Source: the human T2T-CHM13v2.0 reference genome, Homo sapiens
DNA: 64,000 bases
NCBI RefSeq assembly: GCF_009914755.1
Contig: NC_060946.1
Strand: one strand, 5' to 3'
The notes under the pieces are model-generated. The model worked only from the letters and a program-made list of their open reading frames with translations. It had not been told where the DNA came from and searched no databases. This document shows positions 45,523 through 59,069 of this stretch, one piece after another. Position 1 is the first letter of the stretch, and each line of letters opens with the position of its first letter. Both the position numbers and the translations under genes were made by a program.

Positions 45523-48500
45523 TGGTGACCTTAGCACAAGCAGTTTCATAGGCTTGATGAAAGTGAAAGCCAAACTGACCTGAATAAAGAGTGAAAGGAA
45601 AATGAGCAAAAGGAGATAGTAAGTGTGGAAAATCCTTGAGAAAAATTTGCCAAGAAAGGAGGAGATGGCTTGATAGCTAGAAAGCACACAGAGTCAAAGT
45701 TAAGGTTCCTCCAAAACAGAAGATATTTTAAATGAAAAATTTATATTTAAATGCTGACAGAATGCATCAAGAAGGAGAGAGATTGAAGATGCAGATGACA
45801 AATGGAAAAGCAATGAACAGAATCCGTGAAAAGTCAGGAAAAGAAGGGAGACTATTAGAGGGATGTCCTTTTACAGGAAGAGGAATACTTCCTCCACTGC
45901 CCCAGGATTTAAAAAGCTTATAAATTACAGGTAACATTCTACCTAATTATAGAACTTTACGCTTTTCAATAAATTTTATTGTGCATAATACAGTCACTCT
46001 GTGAATTCAGTGAGACAGATAGTTATCCACATTTTACATAAAAAGAAAGAAAAGGCAGAAAAGAAGTGATTTGCTTGAAGTAACACAGAAATAGCTGGTA
46101 GAATCATGTACTGTGTAGATGGCAGGGCTCCTGACTTCTCATTTCACACCAGAATTGTAGACAGAATTAGATATAATGACAGTTATTATATTTGTAAACC
46201 TTTCAAATAAGAATATCCTTAGAATTTCATTCATTAACCAAGCTCAAAGCATGTGATTAGCATCTGAAAATGTATTATTATACAATCAATAGACAGCAAA
46301 AGAGGTTTCCGTTTTCCTGTGTATTTGAAAGAGTTCAACAGCCCTAAGTCACACAGTTGGAGGAAACTCAAACAAGGGAAATTTCATTTGAAGTGATGAA
46401 ATTAACATGATGAAGTTTACAATACAAAGATTTTTGTTTCAAGACTCTGAGGTTTGGTAGGGAGGAAGGGGAAAGGCAGATGACACCAAATAAGACTGGT
46501 TGGAGAGGGGATGAGAAGCATCAATTAGAAAGCTCTTCAAATTCAAACGGACCGTTCAAACCACCCTAGGACTAGACTCCAATCGGGAAAGACTCTGAAG
46601 GAAATGATCTCCTACTGTCACGAGATGGCTAACGTGATTTAGGTAAAAAGCTTTTAGTTTTATGGCTGGGGAGGTAGCAATAAAGAAAATGAACCTCCTG
46701 CCAGTGATTCTTTTTCAAGCTCTGCAAATTCCTGTGTCTGGGGAAGCTATAAAGAATGTCCAGCCTCATGTCAAAAGAATTGCCACAGATCTCCAGCTCA
46801 CCTGCATTCAAGCATTGAAACATCCCTAAGCCTGTTCCGAGGCCAGCCTGGAACTGAGAATCCAGGAGAGTCTTTTCTGTTCTGCTGCTGCAGCTACACT
46901 ATCTACTTGTTAGCATAACCAGGGCCACCAGCAACACATGCTAGAGAAATACAGAGAGCAAAAATCAACAGCTGATGAAAAGCAGAATCTTTTCTTTTTG
47001 ACAGCAATACCAATAGCATGAAGCACGTCCCTTTTGGAGCTTTCCAAACCAATTCAAAAGCGAGTTTTCTGGTGCGGATCAAGAAAGCTAGCCAAATTGC
47101 CCCTGAGTGCATAGCCACTGGCCAAGATATTGATGACTGTAGGCAGCTCAGGACGCATCCTCGGCCCCGGTGCTGTCTTTCTCAGAGCTCTGTTTAATTC
47201 CATCAGGCACGGGCAGCATTTGGAGAAAGCTGTGTTGATTTTTGTGATCTTCAGCCAGCACAGAAGTGGCCAGTTCCCTAGGCTCCCAGCACCATCCTTC
47301 TCCTGCCCTGCCCCTTCATGGCCTTCCAGGGCTCAATGGACCCAGACTTGCCTTTCACCCCTGTCAAAACCTCACAGTCCTGTGTGTCTGTTTCCCTTTG
47401 AACTACACAAACTAACTAATTTGGTGAACCTATTAAGTGAACTTCTTTATACTCATGATCTAGAGTGCATTGAACGCTAAAGGGTTTGCTAAACAGTGTC
47501 AAAATCAATTCTGTCTTCTTCCAACTGGACCAAGTCTTCTTTGAGTTAATAAAACTCTGAGAAATCTGAGTGGATTTTTCATAGTATCTCTTTCTATTCC
47601 TTTGGGGTTTTTTTGTTTGTTTTTTTACTTTTCATGGAGATTTTCCTTAATTTAACCCAAAAGATATACCCATATGACATTTGAACTAATATGAAAGAGG
47701 TAGTAGGACAAAGAATTTGAAGACAGTCTTTCAGAGCCCCACAAAGTACTTGAAATTTATCAATAAACCCCTCCCGGTGCTTCCCACCATGTTCCACCAT
47801 TCCATCTCCATTTTAAGCCATGAACCTTCAAGTAGCATCTCCTCCTGTGAAACCTACGGTTTGGAGATAAATTATTGATGATTAATGACTTAGAAGAACC
47901 AAAGAAAGGATCCTCTAGTGGAGACACAGCATGGAAATGATGGTCCAGGGTGAGACGGAACTGCTTCCAATCCCAGTGCCGCCTGTGTGGTTCCAGCTGT
48001 GTGCTGCTCTTCCTCTAATCTTGTTTACTCGTCTCTAATATGGGACTAATAACATATACATCAGACTACTGTGAGGGTTGAATGTAACGATATTCCAAAT
48101 TGTTGCATGTGTCCAGTACTTAACATAGTGCCAAGAACAAAACATGTATCAATAAGTATGAATAGCCTTCCCAGCGCACACCTCCAAACAGTGGATTTCT
48201 GGCCGATGACAAGTAGTGGTTCCCAGCGGTCCTACAGGTTATGGTTTAACTTACCACTAGCCAATCAGTAAGTTTGCCTCAGACCACATCACAATTCTTT
48301 TGCAAGCCTGGAGCTTGGTGAAAAACAAGGGGGAAAATAATTAATGTCCCTAAGGCAGATGCTGAAAGATTAACTTCATAACATAATTCTCTCACCAGAC
48401 TTGTTTCCTGAATGTCTATTTAAACTTTAACTCTGCAAATAAAATAAAGTTGGTAATGAAGGTGATTAAGATGGTATTTTTCCAGAGAACGAGTCTCCTC

Positions 48501-49910
48501 ACAACATAACTAAGAAAGAGATATATGTACAGAAAACGAAGCACAGTAAAATATCACTTCATTACTATCGGAGATTTTCCCCAAACACAGAGAAAGCTCT
48601 ACAGAGCTGAGCTTAAGCCAGAACTCTGTTATTTACTTGGTCTAATGCCAAAACAGGCCAGAGACTCCTTTCAGCTACTTCTCTTTAATCCCAAACCTAT
48701 GTCTCGCTTTGATCTAAGAAAGAGCCAAATTCCCAGGAGGCGCCAGGGTAGAGAAAAGCAGCCAGCCGGAGAGTGGCCTCCATGCCAGGGGAGTGTGTCT
48801 GAGCTTTGTTTTATTTTTCTTATTTGTCTGTAGTTGTGTGATTGGTAGAAGAGAGTAGATATGAAGTCTACTGACACAGGATTGGTCTTCAGGCATGTCT
48901 TACCAAGCATTTGGGGGAACAGAGGGGTTCCACAAATAAGAGAGCAATGATCAGACTTTCTTCTAAAAGGAGCAGCCACAAGCTACCTTAACTCTCCAAC
49001 TTGCCCATTAATCTTCACCTAGAGTTAGGAAGATTTCACCATTAGCTGTGGCCCATAAAAGATCCTTAAGCTTGACCAACCACAGAGGTCCATCTCCTTG
49101 AGGAGGAAGTGAAAGGGGTATGGACAGAAGCTGTGAGCTTTCTGTCCTCCGCAGGCCCCCAGCTGTGTCTTCTACTTCTTGTACAAGATAGTCTCTAAAT
49201 GATGTTTTCTGGCTGACAATGCCACATAACTGATCCTTATCTCACTATGGAAATGAAAGATTTCAAAGAATTTGTTGCCTGAAATATGGTGCCATAATCA
49301 CATATTAATAAAGCTGCTATCCAGAAAGAAGGCAGATTTCAAAAGAAAAGCTGTTAGCATTCTCAGGGACCTAAAAAGTACATATTGTAGAACAATGGTA
49401 AATAGATCTTGGAATCCGGTAGACTTTAATTCAAACCCCAGCTATGCCAGTTATTAACTTATGTGACATTGGGAAAGCCTCTCAAATTTATATTTGCAAA
49501 ATCAGAATAATGTAAGTAGCCAACAAATAGGATTTAATGGAGGTAATAATGAAGGTTATTAAGATGATAAAATTAAACAGTGAATATAAAGTCCTTAGCA
49601 TTTAATAAATTTATTTTATGATTTCAAAGCACATGCTTTTACCTACAGTGCTATAAAGCTGCTTGCAATAGTCAAAGTTAATAGAAGCTCTTGTCAGAGC
49701 TAATAGAAGCCTTGTATATGTAATTATTTAAGAATTATGTAAATATACACAATAGGGTAGGAATGAGAAAATCTTTAGAGGAAATATTCAAGTACGTTTG
49801 ATTTCTAGCAAATCCAGATAGACAGTTTTGTCAACAACCAAGTCATAATTTTAAGTCTTGTTATAGGAGCTAGAATTTTATTCAAGGGACAACTGATTTG
49901 ATTAGATTAG

Positions 49911-50261
49911 ATGCTGTGCACTGCATGTTTCCTTCAACAAATGCACAAGTTGAAACTCTAACAATAGAATGGCATTAGAAGGAGGACCTTTGGGAAGTAA
50001 TTTGGTTTTGATGAGGATGGAGTCCCCACAATGGGGTTAGCATCCTAATAAGAAGAGTAGGAGACTAGAGCCCTCTTCTCTCAGCCATGTGAAGATAAAA
50101 CAAGAACACCTGCAAACCAGTAAGAGGGCCTTCACCAGACACTGGCTCTGCTGGCCCAGATTTTAATCTTTGAATTCCCACAACTGTGAGAAACAAGTAT
50201 ATGCTGTTTAAGCCACTCAGTCTACAGTTGTTTGTAGCAGCAGCCTGAGCAGACAAAGACA
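49911..50261 (+). mobile_element. MaLR LTR (MLT1A-like)
   Basis: GAGGGCCTTCACCAGACACTGG...AACTGTGAGAAAC...GCAGCCTGAGCAGACAAAGACA. Confidence 0.75.
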
Positions 50262-51634
50262 TAGGGTTCCTTTTATTTTCAGAATTCGGTTTAGCCGTAA
50301 TCACCTACCATCCTGAGATGCTGTTTCCTCCCTTGAAATATAAGCTCTGGGACTATAGCTTCAAGGACAAATTCTGAAGAATTTGTCTCTGCTCTTGTGG
50401 GATGCTAACCTAACCAATCAAGGAATGTTTGCTCAATGGAATGAAACATCTTAATGCAGCTCGCCAGCCAATATCTGCAGAGCACACTTCATGGGTTCTG
50501 GCTGGCTTGAATTTCTGAGACTACTTCATCCTACTCATCAAACTGTGGACTCAGATTCAGCCAGGAGGCCCAGATTCTAGCGTCAGTTTTGCCCTTGTGA
50601 TACAAATGCTCTCCTGCTTCACTGAACATGAAACCCTGAATATTTGGCCATTACTCTGGCAATTGTCCTCTCTCCCTGTGCCAATTGCCAATCAACCCCA
50701 CTCCCAGGCAGCCTTGGCAGTTATGTCTGCTTGGCCTGCTGTAGCAGCCAATGACTTAGTAAAAGTCAGAACATAGATCTGTTAGCTCTCAGTCCAGGAT
50801 TTCCCCATAACTCGTCCATGTTTATATTAAACAACTAAGTTTGCTTTTAAAATTCTTTTTCATTTATTTAGACTCTTCTTAGAACTTATCATTTTGAGAA
50901 TCCTGACCTGCCAATATTCCATAACCTTTCTGAAAGTGACACAGCAAATACGATGTATGCACACTGCTAACTGCAGCTGATTTCGTTTTCCATCTTCTAT
51001 AAAGCACATTAGGTAATTTCTAAACCAGCAGTAAAATCTATTTATAAAGAATGCTGATTTGTTTTCTGCATTTTCCAACACAGAGCTTCAATTTATTTCC
51101 TTACCATAAAAAACCGTTACTTTTTAAAACAATCATAGTTAGTATATTTTATAAATGCTTTAATTTTTGTAAAGTCCAACTTGCAAATTGGAGTGTAAAT
51201 AGCTTTCTTAAAATGGAAGGAACTGTGTTAGACCCAGTATGCTGATTGATTATTTCACTGTGCTTCAAAGCAGACGATTTCACAGTCATTGGGTATATAA
51301 TGTAATGAGTTTTTATAAAGCAATTGAAATCACTAAAAATATAATTATAATAAATAAAATTATAGGGAAAAGGAAATCTTCATTCTGACAATGCCAAATT
51401 TTTTTAACTAACTCATTGCTAAAAGATTATGTTTCTACATGAAAAATTTTACACATTCTTTCTATGAAATAAACCTGATAACACCTTGAAAACTTAATAG
51501 TTATGGAAAAGGAACTACTGTGGCTTTTTTTAGAGAATGTCATGTTCTTGATGTTCTTGAGTGAGCTGTCTCATGTTCTTAGAAAGGAAACAGCAGCACC
51601 TTGTGGACAAACAAAGAAAGTGAATGAATTTTTA

Positions 51635-51925
51635 GGACCCAGTGCAGTGGTTCAGGCCTGTAATCTAAGCACTTTGGGAGACTTGGGTGGAGGGTAACTT
51701 GAGCCCAAGTGTTCAAGACCAGCCTGGGCAACACAGTGATACGCCCATCTTTACCAAAAATTGAAAAATTTGCTGGGCTTGGTGGCTCATACCTCAGGTC
51801 CCAGCTACTTGGAAGGCTGAGGTGGGAGGATCGCTTAAGCCCAGGAGGTCAAGGCTGCAGTGACTGTGATCATACGACTGCATTCCAGCCTGGGTGACAC
51901 AGCAAGACCCTATTTCAAAAAAATT
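51635..51925 (+). mobile_element. AluJ
   Basis: GGACCCAGTGCAGTGG...GGGAGGATCGCTTAAGCCCAGGAGGTCAAGGCTGCAGTG. Confidence 0.88.
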
Positions 51926-51985
51926 ATATTTATGTGGCACTTTCTACAAGGAATATAGTATCATGTTTGTATTTAAATGACATCA

Positions 51986-52290
51986 GGACCAGCATGGTGG
52001 CTTACACATGTAATCTCAGCTCCTCAGACGGCGGAAGGCAGGAGGATTGCTTGAGGCCAGGAGTTGGAAGACCAGCCTGAGCAGCATAATGAAACCCCCA
52101 TTTCTACAAAAATAATAATAGTAATTAAAAGCTAGGCGTGCTGGCACACACCTGCAGATCTAGCTACTGTGGAGGCTGAGTGGCAGGATCACATTGAGCC
52201 CAGGAGTTTGATTGTATTGTGTATTGTGAACTACGATCTAGCCACTCCACTCCAGACAACACGGCAAGACCCAGTCTCTAAACAAAATAA
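51986..52290 (+). mobile_element. AluJ (degenerate)
   Basis: GGACCAGCATGGTGGCTTACAC...GGAGGATTGCTTGAGGCCAGGAG...GACCCAGTCTCTAAAC. Confidence 0.85.
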
Positions 52291-52699
52291 AGGGACATCA
52301 GAGCATTGTTTACAGAGATTTATAAATGATCCCAAAATGTCTTCAGAGAGATAAATCATCTAAATATAGCTATATCGACTCTTCCTAAATTCCAAATTTG
52401 GGTGGGAACAATAAATGAGATAGAAGACTTCTTGAAATGTATCAAGACTCAGAAAGACAAAACAAAAGCTTTCATTAGGCAGTATAAAGAATGTTCATTA
52501 ATGCTATTTCCAATTTATGATACGATCATTTAAAGAGGAAATCCCTGCAACAAGAGGTCAAAGGAAAGGGAAAAGAAATGAAAACAAGGACCATACTTTC
52601 TCCACATCCAACCTCTTCTCTACCACCTCTCAGCAAGACCTCCCACACCCAATCACTGCTTTCTCTTGTGGACTTACCCTCTACTCTGTGAACACATGA

Positions 52700-53162
52700 G
52701 ACAGAGAACCCTGAGAAGTCCCTGAGTCCCTTCCAGGGGCTCTGCAAGGTCAAATGTCTTTTCATAAAAATACACAGGTTTTGTTTACCTTTTCCAATTT
52801 CCATGTCTCTCAAGTATAATTGGAGTTTCCCAGAGGCTACCTGACATGTGATGTCAAAAGAAATTAAATGTAGAAGCAGAAAGGAGAACAAATTTTCTTC
52901 TATTAAACCAGACATTAAAGACATACCTAAAAATATAAAACAATGTCACTGTTCTCACCAACTTTACTGCTTAAAAATGATAATTTTAAATAAAAATGTG
53001 ATTTACGTAAACTTATAAGCATATTTTTTTAATTTCTCAGTTTTAATGTTTATTATGATAAATATAGATAGACATAATCCAAATAAATAAAAGCTCTTTG
53101 GGGTTCTCAATAACTTTTAAAAATGTAAAGTGTTCCTAAAACCAAAAATTTGAGGACTGATG
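52700..53162. mobile_element. hAT-Charlie relic (Charlie1-like)
   Basis: CCCTGAGTCCCTTCCAGGGGCTCTGCAAGGTCAAA...AAAGCTCTTTGGGGTTCTCAATAA...CCAAAAATTTGAGGACTG. Confidence 0.55.
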
Positions 53163-54769
53163 TGCTAAATCTCATACCCTTTGATGTAGCTTCCACCCAG
53201 GTCATTTCTTAAATACTTGATCAATCATTTCCACATGTCCCTCACCCTATATTTTTTTTTGGCTTAGACCAGTTTGAGTTTGAATTCTATTATTTATAAC
53301 CAAAGGAGTCCTACCATATTATCTTACCCAGATTTTCATCAACACGGTATATGTTGATCAACAAACTTCCTAAATGTTTCAAGTTAACTCCAAAGAGTGA
53401 GGGGGAAAAATAAAGAAGAGGAAGAAAATAACTACTTATCATCCACAGTAGTCAAGGAAGCTGCAGAAGCATCAAGCAAAAGCAGCAGAAGTTAGCTTTG
53501 TACTCCCACAAACCCTGCTCTGAAGTACTCCGCCTAGTGGCCCACAGAAGAAACTGCATTTCTAAAATCTTTAAAAAGACAAAAAAGGAATCACCACTTA
53601 CCCTGGGAACCCTAACAGGGGAGCAGGCCACATAGGAATATGTCCCATTGGTTTGAGGTCGATAAGTCCATTTTCAAAGCTTTAGTAATTCCAGAAACAA
53701 GAACATATTTATTTTACTTTGATCACACAATGCCTAGTTATATTAAAAGTAAGGAGACATTCAATAAATACCTTTTATGGAAATAAAAACAGACAATTTA
53801 GGAGAAAATTAACTATCAATGCATTATTTTCAAAGGTAAAGAAAAAAGAAATTATTCTGAACACACAAAATTATTTTATCAAATATCATGGTAAATTATC
53901 ATTATATACTAGGTCACTTAATAAATTTCCAGAGATAATTGGAAAGAGTTTCCACAATAGATTTTGTTTCACCCCAGGAAGAAGTTTCACAAAAAGTTAG
54001 TTACTTATCTCCATTGTTACTAGTACCAAACTAATCCTATGATTCTGAGTCAAATTACAAATAATGTCCAGAGTTTTCTCCAGTGAGATCAGAGGAGATG
54101 CCTAAGAGGAGTGTGTTTTAATGTGAGGGGATAATTGGTTTATATTTTTCACTGAAAATAACAAATTCTAGACAACTTAAGCAAAACAGGACTTCAATGA
54201 AAGGATATTGAATAGTTCACAAAATCATTGAAGATGCTGGAGAAGCAAGGTAAGAACTGAGGGAAACTCAGCACAGCCAAGTTCATTCGACGGAAGCAGA
54301 TCTTGGAATGCCACCACTAGAATGTTGTCATTTGACACTTGTCACCATGTAGCTGGGCTCTGCTGAACTTAGGCACTTGCTGCCACGTTTCTGGACCTGC
54401 ATCTCTGCTCAATTTCTCAGAATCATCTCTGATTCTTTCAGGTCTTTTGCATCATTTCATCGGGTTCCAAGTTCTAATAAAGAGCCATCAGTTGGCTGGG
54501 CCTAGATATGTGCCCACACGTGAATGGCCAAGAAACTGGAAAAAGGATCATGCACTCCCTTTCAGCTTTTGTAATGGAAGGTGGGGCCTGTCCTCATATT
54601 TCTCTTGGGGTTCAAACAACTAGGAAGGGTGTTTTGTTGAAATGAAACCCAAAACTATAGCTATCCATTTATAGCACCTTATTTGTACAGGAAGAAACCA
54701 TGAAACACAACGTATAAAAGTGCATGGGAGGTCTAAACACATGAGGGGAGAAAGATCATACTTGATTGG

Positions 54770-55157
54770 TGCTGTGGTTTCACTGTGCCTCCTCCAAGAT
54801 TCAGCGTTGACAATGTGACAGTGTTGAGGTGGAGCCTACAGGAAGTGATGAGACCATCAGGACTCCTACCACAGGAATGGGTTTAGGAGCCCTCATGAAA
54901 GAGCTCCATGGAGGGAGTTTATTCCTCTTGCTCTCCCGCCTTCCACCATGTGAGGAAACAGTGTTCCTTGTCTCTGGAAGATGCAGCATCAAGACACCAT
55001 CTTGAACGGAGAGAACAGCCCTTACCAGACATCAGACCTGCCAACGCCTTGATCTTGGACTTCCTAGTCTCCAGTACTGTGACAGATAAACGTCTGGTTT
55101 TCATAAATTGCCTAGTCTGTGTTATTTTGTTCTAAGAGCATAAATTGACTAAGACAA
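54770..55157 (+). mobile_element. MaLR LTR (MST/MLT1A-like)
   Basis: TGCTGTGGTTT...GAAGATGCAGCATCAAGACACCATCTTGAA...CTTGATCTTGGACTTCC...TGACTAAGACA. Confidence 0.8.
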
Positions 55158-55477
55158 TTGGAGATTAGAAAAAGTATTTTGAAGTGGCATTTGAGAAGGG
55201 CTTGATAGATAAGATCTCTACAAATAGAAATAGAGAGATGGTTTCAAATCACCCAGGTGAAAGGAATAACATAGCTATGTTCAGTCTGAATGCAAAATGG
55301 AGATGGTGAAAAGTACATAAGATTCCACCACCAGTGGGAGGACAGAATTGTAATGTGGCAGCTATCTGTAAATATAATATTTATCACTCATTCACATTTA
55401 TTTAGAGTCTAATGTGTTCTAGCCTCTGAAATTAAGCAAAGAAAATCTAGATATGCAGAAGTCCAAGACTTTGCCTT

Positions 55478-55958
55478 TGTGACAGTCAAAATAATGACCC
55501 CATAAAGATGTTCTAGTCCCTGGAATCTGTGACCATATTACTTTACATGGGGCAAGAGGGACTTTGGAGATGTGATTAACCCTTAAGTTAGGGGGATTAT
55601 CCTTGATTATCTTGGGGGCCAATCTAATTGCATGTGTCTACAAAATCAGAGAATCTTTCCTAGCTACAGTCAGAAGGTGATATGACTACAGAACAACGGT
55701 CACAGACATCCGACATTACTGGCTTTGAAGATGGAGGGATTGTCCCATGATCCAAGGAATAGGGACAGCATCTAAAAGTTGGAAAAGGACATGGATTCTC
55801 TCTAGAGCCTCCAGAAAGCAATACAGCCCTGACAACACCTTGACTTAAGCCCAGTAAGACCACGGTCAGAGGTTTGCCCTACAGAACTATAGGGTCGTAA
55901 GTCTTTGATTTAAGCCACAAAATTGTGGTAATTTGTTATGGCAGAAATAGAAAATTAA
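55478..55958 (+). mobile_element. MaLR LTR (MLT1D-like)
   Basis: CCCTGGAATCTGTGACC...TGGCTTTGAAGATGGAGG...GATTCTCTCTAGAGCCTCCAGAAAG...GTGGTAATTTGTTATGGCAG. Confidence 0.8.
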
Positions 55959-56069
55959 TTTTAAGAACTTTATTATTTGGAAGATAGGCAGACCAGAAAA
56001 TCCAAATTATAATATAATTCGATTAAAACCTATGGAGATATGCGCTAGGTGTTTTAGAAAAGAATTGAG

Positions 56070-57420
56070 TATTAACAAGACTAACAGAAGAAATGTTCTA
56101 AAATTTACACACTAAGTACATCACATTTTTCTAATGATCACGTTGATAGAGCAACTTAGAATCCATGGTTTTAACAAACCAACAGGCTTATATACATAAA
56201 TATAAAAATATTATATATATATATATAATATATAATATATGGAATAGCCCCATGGGCACGGGCAGCCCTGGGTCAAAGGGCAGCACTGTACTAGCAGCCC
56301 ACACCCCACCTCACCCGCCTACCCTGAGCTGACTTGTCTGCTAAATACTAAATAAACCTGTCAACCTGTCTTGTTTAAGTAAGAAGGGCCTGGATGCAAC
56401 AAGCCTGAGGGCTGTGACTGGGGGAAGAGAGAGCACAGATGGAGCTCCTCTTCCTTCTGCCACTGCCCACCAACTGAAAACCACCAACTGAAGTTTGCTT
56501 AGATTCTCAGCCTCCACCTTGTTCCCAACAAAACTCATGCAATACTTGGGCCCCCACTACAATCTCTGGAACAAAATATTCTACGGATCTGCTTTTTGAG
56601 CTGCAACTTATCTTACTAAATTCCAAGAAGCTTATGTAAGAGAAAACCACCAGATAATACAAGATTTTCAATGTAATCATCATTGCTACTTTTAACTAGA
56701 AATTATCCAGTAAATGTATTGTGAACTGCTTTGTGACTATGCTGATTTATTCAGTCTTTCTGATCCTTGGCTTGATTATCTCAAATATATGAGTATCACC
56801 AATTTTATAAAGTTGCTCTAAAAATTAAATGAAAGAAAAATAATCCTCATTCTCCATATATTGAACACTTACAAAATTATAGGCATTGTGTCCAGGTTTT
56901 TACGTACTTACCTGATAGAAGTCTCCTGACAACCCTGTCTTTTAAATTACAAGCATTGTGCCATGATTTTTACACATGTACGTTATGGAAGCCTCGTAAC
57001 AATCACGTCTTTTATAGATCAGCAAACTGAGCCTCAGAAGAGTTAAAAACACATTCACCATTAAATCATAATGACGGATGGAACTGGGATTCAAATCTGG
57101 TTCTCTCTGATGCCAAAAATGGTGCAATTTAACGAGGACCAAATTACACCCAGAACATGGAGGGATCAAAACATGTGGATTCCCTTTTCTGCCCCCTCAT
57201 GTGGGAATTTCAATAGCTTTCACTGCCTCAGAGCAATCCTAAACTCCCTCCCAGGTTGCCTTGCAATGGCCCCCTTATTCGTGGGGATGATTAGGAATCT
57301 GCATTTTTGGACCACAAGCATCTATAAAGAGTTGTGTTGATCAAGAATTAAAATTTACTAGGCCATAGGTTACTGTGAATTGTCTAGCTTCTCAGCAAAA
57401 TATAAAGGGGCTATTCCATG
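56070..57420 (+). repeat. Local duplication, copy A (paralogous to 59070-59975), containing a MIR
   Basis: Collinear shared text, e.g. TTTTCTAATGATCAC, GAGAAAACCACC, CATGGAGGGATCAAAACATGTGGATTCCCTTT, GAGTTGTGTTGATCAAGAA. Confidence 0.92.
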
Positions 57421-57542
57421 TAAAAAAATCACAGGATCCACTGAATCTGTGCAGAAAGACATAGAACTATACTGCAGGAGCATCTTACAGACAGCTGCGC
57501 CTGAAGACCAGCCAAAACACACAAAGCAAGAGCACCTCCAAT

Positions 57543-57670
57543 GACCAAGTGTGGTGGCTCTTGCCTGTCATCCCAGCAGTGTGGGAGGCCAAGGTGGGTG
57601 AATCACTTGAGGCCAGGGCTTTGAGACCAGCTTGGGCAACACAGTGAGACCTTGTCCCTACAAAAAAATC
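57543..57670 (+). mobile_element. FLAM/Alu left monomer
   Basis: GACCAAGTGTGGTGGCTC...CACTTGAGGCCAGGGCTTTGAGACCAGC...CCCTACAAAAAA. Confidence 0.8.
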
Positions 57671-57879
57671 ATTTTTTATTATTAGAATCAAGAAGAGTAC
57701 CTCTAACCCCTTGCTGTTGCTTTAGGGTAGAGAGCTCTGGTCTAGAACTCAAGTTATGAAACTGTGAGTCCCAGTGGAACTACTTAAATTTAAATACAAG
57801 AGCTGTCAGACATTTCCTCTACAACAACGAAATCTGTAGCATCCATTTTGTACTTTGAAAACTTAGTTTTTGGCCAGCC

Positions 57880-58800
57880 TCTAGGAAGAAGAAGAGGGCC
57901 CAGAACTGGGAATATGGGTAGGGAGGGGAAAAGAAACCGGCTGGATGCAACAGGGAAAGACGAAGGGATGGAGACCCCAGGCAGAGCCAGTCCTCAGGCT
58001 TGGGGCCTGGGCCTAGGAAAGGAACTAGATGAAGAAGGGAGGAGCCCCAGGCTGTGGATGTCTCTGGGGGAACCTTGGTTGAGCAACGGCCAGAGGAGCT
58101 CCTGAGGCCAAGCGGTATCTGTCGCCTCCCTACCTTTGGGCGTCTTCTGGTCGCCAATGTGCTGCAGGTCATGGCTCCGGAATCAAATTGGGCTCAAATT
58201 GTGTGAGCTCCAACGCAGTGGAGCCTGGCCCTACTCCCACCTACACCTCGTGGATCTCGGAGCTGCAGGATGGCTCTGCCCACCGCACCCTAAGCTGGCC
58301 TCGCTTGGGGCTGTCATCGGTGGACAGCATGTTCTGGGCGTCTCTGCTCCTTTCTGCTGGTGCCTGTGCCTGTGCTGGCCGCCCACTCATAGATATCAAA
58401 GCCACAGGACGGCCCCGCAGAAGCCCTGCGCTGGCCCTGCCGGGGGCTGGCTTTGGTGCACATGTGACTGGTCATCGTGGTCCCCATGGGGCACCTCTGT
58501 TCTTCTCGAGGCAGCTTGGGCCTTCGCTTGCCCCCACGTCTGCAGACCTGAGCACCTGCCCCCTCTCCCCAGGAAAGGCAACCAAATGCCACCAACTTAA
58601 GGCACCCACTGAAGGCCACCAACTGAAGGCCGGTTGCCCTGACAACCTGATGTGTCCTGCTTAGGAAGAACCAATCAGGCCTTGAGTTCCTTCCACGCGC
58701 TGCCCTTCCATTTGTGATGTGGGAGTCCAGGCACTGGCTCACAAAGCCGCACCCCCCAGTGACCCCACCCCACCTTTCATTTATTGGTAACTGGTAGCAA
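57880..58800. other. GC/CpG-enriched non-repeat block (possible decayed promoter or first exon, - strand)
   Basis: Locally GC-rich with several CpGs; CCAAT motifs near 58671 (+) and 58783 (-); possible - strand donor AAG|GTAGGG at ~58133. No recognisable protein. Confidence 0.35.
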
Positions 58801-59069
58801 CTTTCAGGTTTCCTCACTGTGAATTATGAATATGAATTATGAAGAAATTACTGCATCCTAATGTACCTCATGCACTATCTGACAGCCAAAGTCCCCTCTT
58901 CCCCCATGGCCTCTGAGTTTTTTGGAAACTAGAAAGAAGATACATTTCTGCAGGTGCTTTCAGAAAAAAACATTGCCACGATCTAAGGTTACTCTTTGAT
59001 GTCAAGTCATATTTCATATGTCATACATATTCATATTTATATTCATAATTCAAAATGCACATATTCAAT

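Larger units (their letters stand above)
43560..45850 (-). mobile_element. Fragmented L2 hosting MER30, an L1 3' end, a GA-rich tract and MLT1
   Basis: GGAGATACATGATCTAATTCAAATTTTTGAAGAACCTCTCTGG; TGGAGCTTGGGAGGAGAGGTCTG; GGTGACCTTAGCACAAGCAGTTTC. Confidence 0.65.

Noticed and set aside
58136-58817. Three overlapping 154-167 aa ORFs as protein-coding genes
   Set aside because: No recognisable domain; long ORFs in several frames are expected in GC-rich DNA.
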